Shown piece after piece: positions 60,400 through 64,000 of a stretch of 64,000 nt of DNA; positions within the stretch are counted from its first letter, which is position 1, and each line of letters opens with the position of its first letter. The notes under the pieces are model-generated. The model ran no database searches and was not told the origin of the DNA. It worked only from the letters and a program-made list of their open reading frames with translations. The stretch lies in contig NC_086097.1 in assembly GCF_963921235.1 (NCBI RefSeq), forward strand, positions 225,930,001 through 225,994,000, read 5' to 3'. The stretch comes from Mobula hypostoma. Taxonomy: Eukaryota. Both the position numbers and the translations under genes were made by a program.

Positions 60400-62626
60400 G
60401 TGGAAAATTTCTTAAATGCATTTATTTTAATGCTAGGAGCATTATAAGAAAGGTGGATGAGCTTAAAGCATGGATTGATACCTGGAAGTATGATGTGGTA
60501 GCTATTTGTGAAACATAGTTACAGGAGGGGTGTGATTGGCAACTACATATTCCTGGATTTAATTGCTTCAGGTGTGATAGAATCGGAGGGACAAGAGGGG
60601 GAGGTGTTGCATTGCTTTTCAGAGAAAATATTACAGCGGTGCTCTGGCAGGATAGATTAGAGGACTCATCTAGGGAGGCTATTTGGGTGGAAGTGAGGAA
60701 TGGGAAAGGTGTAGTAACACTTATGGGGGTGTAATATAGACCGCCAAATGGGGAGCAAGAATTGGAGGAGCAAATTTGTAAGTGATAGCAGATATTTGTA
60801 GTAAACACAAGGTTGTGATTGTGGGAGATTTTAATTTTCCACACATAGACTGGGAAGCCCATACTGTAAAAGGGCTAGATGATTTGGAGTTTGCAAAATG
60901 TGTGCAGGATAGTTTGTTGCAGCAGTACATAGAGGGACCAACTAGAGAAGGGGCAGTGTTGGATCTCCTGTTAGGGAATGAGATAGGGCAGGTGACGGAG
61001 GTTTGTGTTGCGGAGCACTTCGGATCCAGTGATCACAATGCCATTAGTTTCAATATAATTATGGAAAAGGATAGGTCTGGACCCAGGGTTCAGATTTCTG
61101 ATTGGAGAAAGGCTAACTTTGAGGAGATGCGAAAGGATTTAGAAGGAGTGGATTGGGACAATTTGTTTTATGGGAAGAATGTAATAGAGAAATGGAGGTC
61201 ATTTAAAGGTGAAATTTTGAGGGTACAGAATCTTTATGTTCCTGTTAGGTTGAAAGGAAAGGTTAAAAGTTTGAGAGAGCCATGGTTTTCAAGGGATATT
61301 GGAAAAAGAGAGATATCTACAATAAATATAGGCAGCATGGAGTAAATGAGGTGCTCAAGGAATATAAAGAATGTAAAAAGAATCTTAAGAAAGAAATTAG
61401 AAAAGATAAAAGAAGATATGAGGTTGCTTTGGCAAGTAAGGTGAAAATAAATCCTAAGGGTTTCTTCCGTTATATTAATAGCAAAAGGATAGTGAGGGAT
61501 ACAATTAATCCCTTAGAGAATCAGAGTGGACAGCTGTGTGTGGAGCCAAAAGAGATGGGGGAGATTCTGAACAATTTCTTTTCTTCGGTATCCACGAAGA
61601 AGAAGGATATTGAATTGTGTAAGATAAGGGAAACAAGAAGGGAATTTACGGAAACTATGATGATTAAAGAAGAGGAAGTACTGGAGCTTTTAAGGAATAT
61701 AAAAGTGAATAAGTCTCAGGGTCCTGACAGGATATTCCCTCGGACCTTGAGGGAAGTTAGTGTGGAAATAGCATGGGTTCTGACAGAAATATTTCAAATG
61801 TCATTAGAAACTGGGATGGTGCCGAAGGATTGGCGTATTGCTCGTGTTGTTCTATTGTTTAAAAAGGGTTTTAAGAGTAAACCTAGCAATTATCGGCCTG
61901 TGAGTTTGACGTCAGTGGTGGGTAAATTGATGGAAAGTATTCTTAGAGATGGCATATATAATTATCTGGATAGACAGGGTCTGATTAGGAAGAGTCAAAA
62001 TGGATTTGTGTGTGGGAGGTCATGTTTGACAAATCTTATTGAACTTTTTGAAGATGTTACCAGGAAAGTTGACGAGGGTAAAGCGGGGGATGTTGCCTAT
62101 ATGGATTTCAGTAAGGCCTTTGACAAGGTTCTACATGGAAGGTTAATTAGGAAGGTTCAATCGTTTGGTATTAATATTGAAGTCGTAAAATGGATTCAGC
62201 AGTGGCTGGATAGGAGATGCCAGAGAGTAGTGGTGGATAACTGTTTGTCAGATTGGAGGCTGGTGAGTAGTGGTGTGCCTCAGGGATCTGTACTGGGTCC
62301 AATGTTGTTTGTCATATACATTAATGATCTGGATGTTGGAGTGGTAAATTGGATGAGTAAGTGTGCAGATGATACTAAGATAGGTGGAGTTGTGGATTAT
62401 GAAGTAGGTTTCCAAAGCTTGCAGAGAGATTTAGGCCAGTTAGAAGAGTGGGCTGAAAGATGGCAGATGGAGTTTAATGCTGATAAATGTGAGGTGCTGC
62501 AGTTTGGTAGGACTAATCAAAATAGGACATTCATGATAAATGGTAGGGCATTGAAGAATGCAGTAGAACAGAGGGATCTAGGAATAATGGTGCATAGTTC
62601 CCTGAAAGTAGAATCTCATGTGGATA
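60400..62626 (+). pseudogene. CR1 ORF2: APE endonuclease + reverse transcriptase
   Basis: CIYFNARS, VGDFNFP, SSDHNAI, NYRPVSLTSVVGK, DFSKAFDKV, GVPQGSVLGP and CADD; contains stops and a frameshift. Confidence 0.93.
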
Positions 62627-63551
62627 TTATTATTAACGACCTGAATGTGGGGGTAGAAGGGTGGGTTGGCAAATTTGCAGAAGACACAGAGGTTGGTGGT
62701 GTTGTAGATAGTATAGAGGATTGTCAAAGATTGCAGAGAAACATTGATAGGATGCAGAAGTGGGCTGAGAAGTGGCAGATGGAGTTCAACCCGGAGAAGT
62801 GTGAGGTGGTACACTGTGGAAGAACAAACTCCAAGACAGAGTACAAAGTAAATGGCAGGATACTTGGTAGTGTGGAGCAGCAGAGGGATCTCGGGGTATA
62901 TGTCCACAGATCCCTGAGGGAAGTTGCCTATCCAGGTAGTTAAGAAAACTTATGGGGTGTTAGCTTTCAAAAGTCGAGGGATAGAGTTTAAGAGTTGTGA
63001 TGTAACGATGCAGCTTTATAAAACTCTGGTTAGGCCACACTTGGAGTACTGTGTCCAGTTCTGGTCGCCTCACTATAAGAAGGATGTGGAAGCATTGGAA
63101 AGGGTACAGAGGAGATTTACCAGGATGCTGCCTGGTTTAGAGAGTATGCATTATGATCAGAGATTAAGGCTTTACTCTTTGGAGAGAAGGAGGATGAGAG
63201 GAGACATGATAGAGGTGTACAAGATAATAAGAGGAATAGGTATAGTGGATAGCCTCTTCCCCAGGGCACCACTGCTCAATAGAAGAGGACATGGCTTTAA
63301 GGTAAGGGGTGGGAAGTTCAAGGGGGATATTAGAGGAAGGTTTTTCATTCAGAGAGTGGTTGGTGCGTGGAATACACTGCCTGAGTCAGTGGTGGAGGCA
63401 GATACACTAGTGAAGTTTAAGAGATTACTAGACAGGTATATGGAGGAATTTAAGGTGGGGGGGTTATATGGGAGGCAGGGTCTGAGGGTCGGCACAACAT
63501 TGTGGGCCGATGGGCCTGTACTGTTCTGTACTATTCTATGTTCCATGTTCT
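62627..63551 (+). mobile_element. Second CR1 (5'-truncated, different subfamily) inserted in the same orientation into ORF2
   Basis: Has its own (TTCTATG) tail ending at 63551. The host resumes SHVD|RVVKK, with ATA duplicated at 62624-62626 / 63552-63554. Confidence 0.9.
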
Positions 63552-64000
63552 ATAGGGTGGTGAAGAAAGTTTTTGGTATGCTGGCCTTTATAAATCAGAG
63601 CATTGAGTTTAGGAGTTGGGATGTCATGCTGAAATTTTCGAAGGCATTGGTGAGGCCAAATTTGGATTATTGTGTACAGTTTTCATCACCAAATTATAGG
63701 AAAGATGTCAACAAAATAGAGAGAGTACAGAGAAGATTTACTAGAATGTTACCTGGGTTTCATCACCAAAGTTACAGCGAAAGGTTGAACAAGTTGGGTC
63801 TTTATTTTTTGGAAAGTAGAAGGTTGAGGGGGAACTTGATAGAGGTATTTAAAATTATGAGGGGGATAGATAGAGATGACGTGGATAGGCGTTTTCCATT
63901 GAGAGTGGGGGAGATTCAAACAAGAGGACATGAATTGAGAGTTAAAGGGCAAAAGTTTAGGGGTAACATGAGGGGGAAATTCTTTACTCAGAGAGTGGTA

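Larger units (their letters stand above)
59400..64000 (+). mobile_element. Near full-length CR1 LINE (ORF1 + ORF2), runs off the window
   Basis: ORF1 and ORF2 motifs occur in order with few disablements. Confidence 0.95.

Noticed and set aside
1..64000. Prokaryotic systems (operons, CRISPR arrays, defence islands)
   Set aside because: Coding density is low, vertebrate retroelements occur throughout, and there are no regularly spaced direct repeats.

Overview
This is eukaryotic, repeat-rich DNA and I found no supportable host protein-coding exon. The repeat content suggests a cartilaginous fish (shark or ray): CR1 LINEs with (TTCTATG)n tails, V-SINE/HE1-like SINEs, Rex1/Babar LINEs and Penelope-like elements. 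That assignment is inferred from recalled family features, not from a database search. Much of the window is decayed, often nested, transposons: CR1 (one near full-length copy with an esterase ORF1), Rex1/Babar, an L2/CR1-group LINE, RTE-derived non-autonomous elements, Penelope-like elements with hammerhead ribozyme motifs, Tc1 and hAT MITEs, and a possible Harbinger relic. Between them lie TE-poor AT-rich blocks that look like conserved non-coding elements, so the window is probably a gene desert or a large intron. The most notable items are: (1) a LINE endonuclease ORF directly downstream of a tRNA-like Pol III head, with a matching head-plus-tail SINE; (2) a fold-back Penelope element and about 100-130 bp hammerhead-motif mini-elements with their own target site duplications (TSDs); (3) a composite Tc1-type MITE carrying retroelement fragments; (4) a 28-bp-arm hairpin. 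Boundaries were read by eye and are approximate unless TSDs are given.
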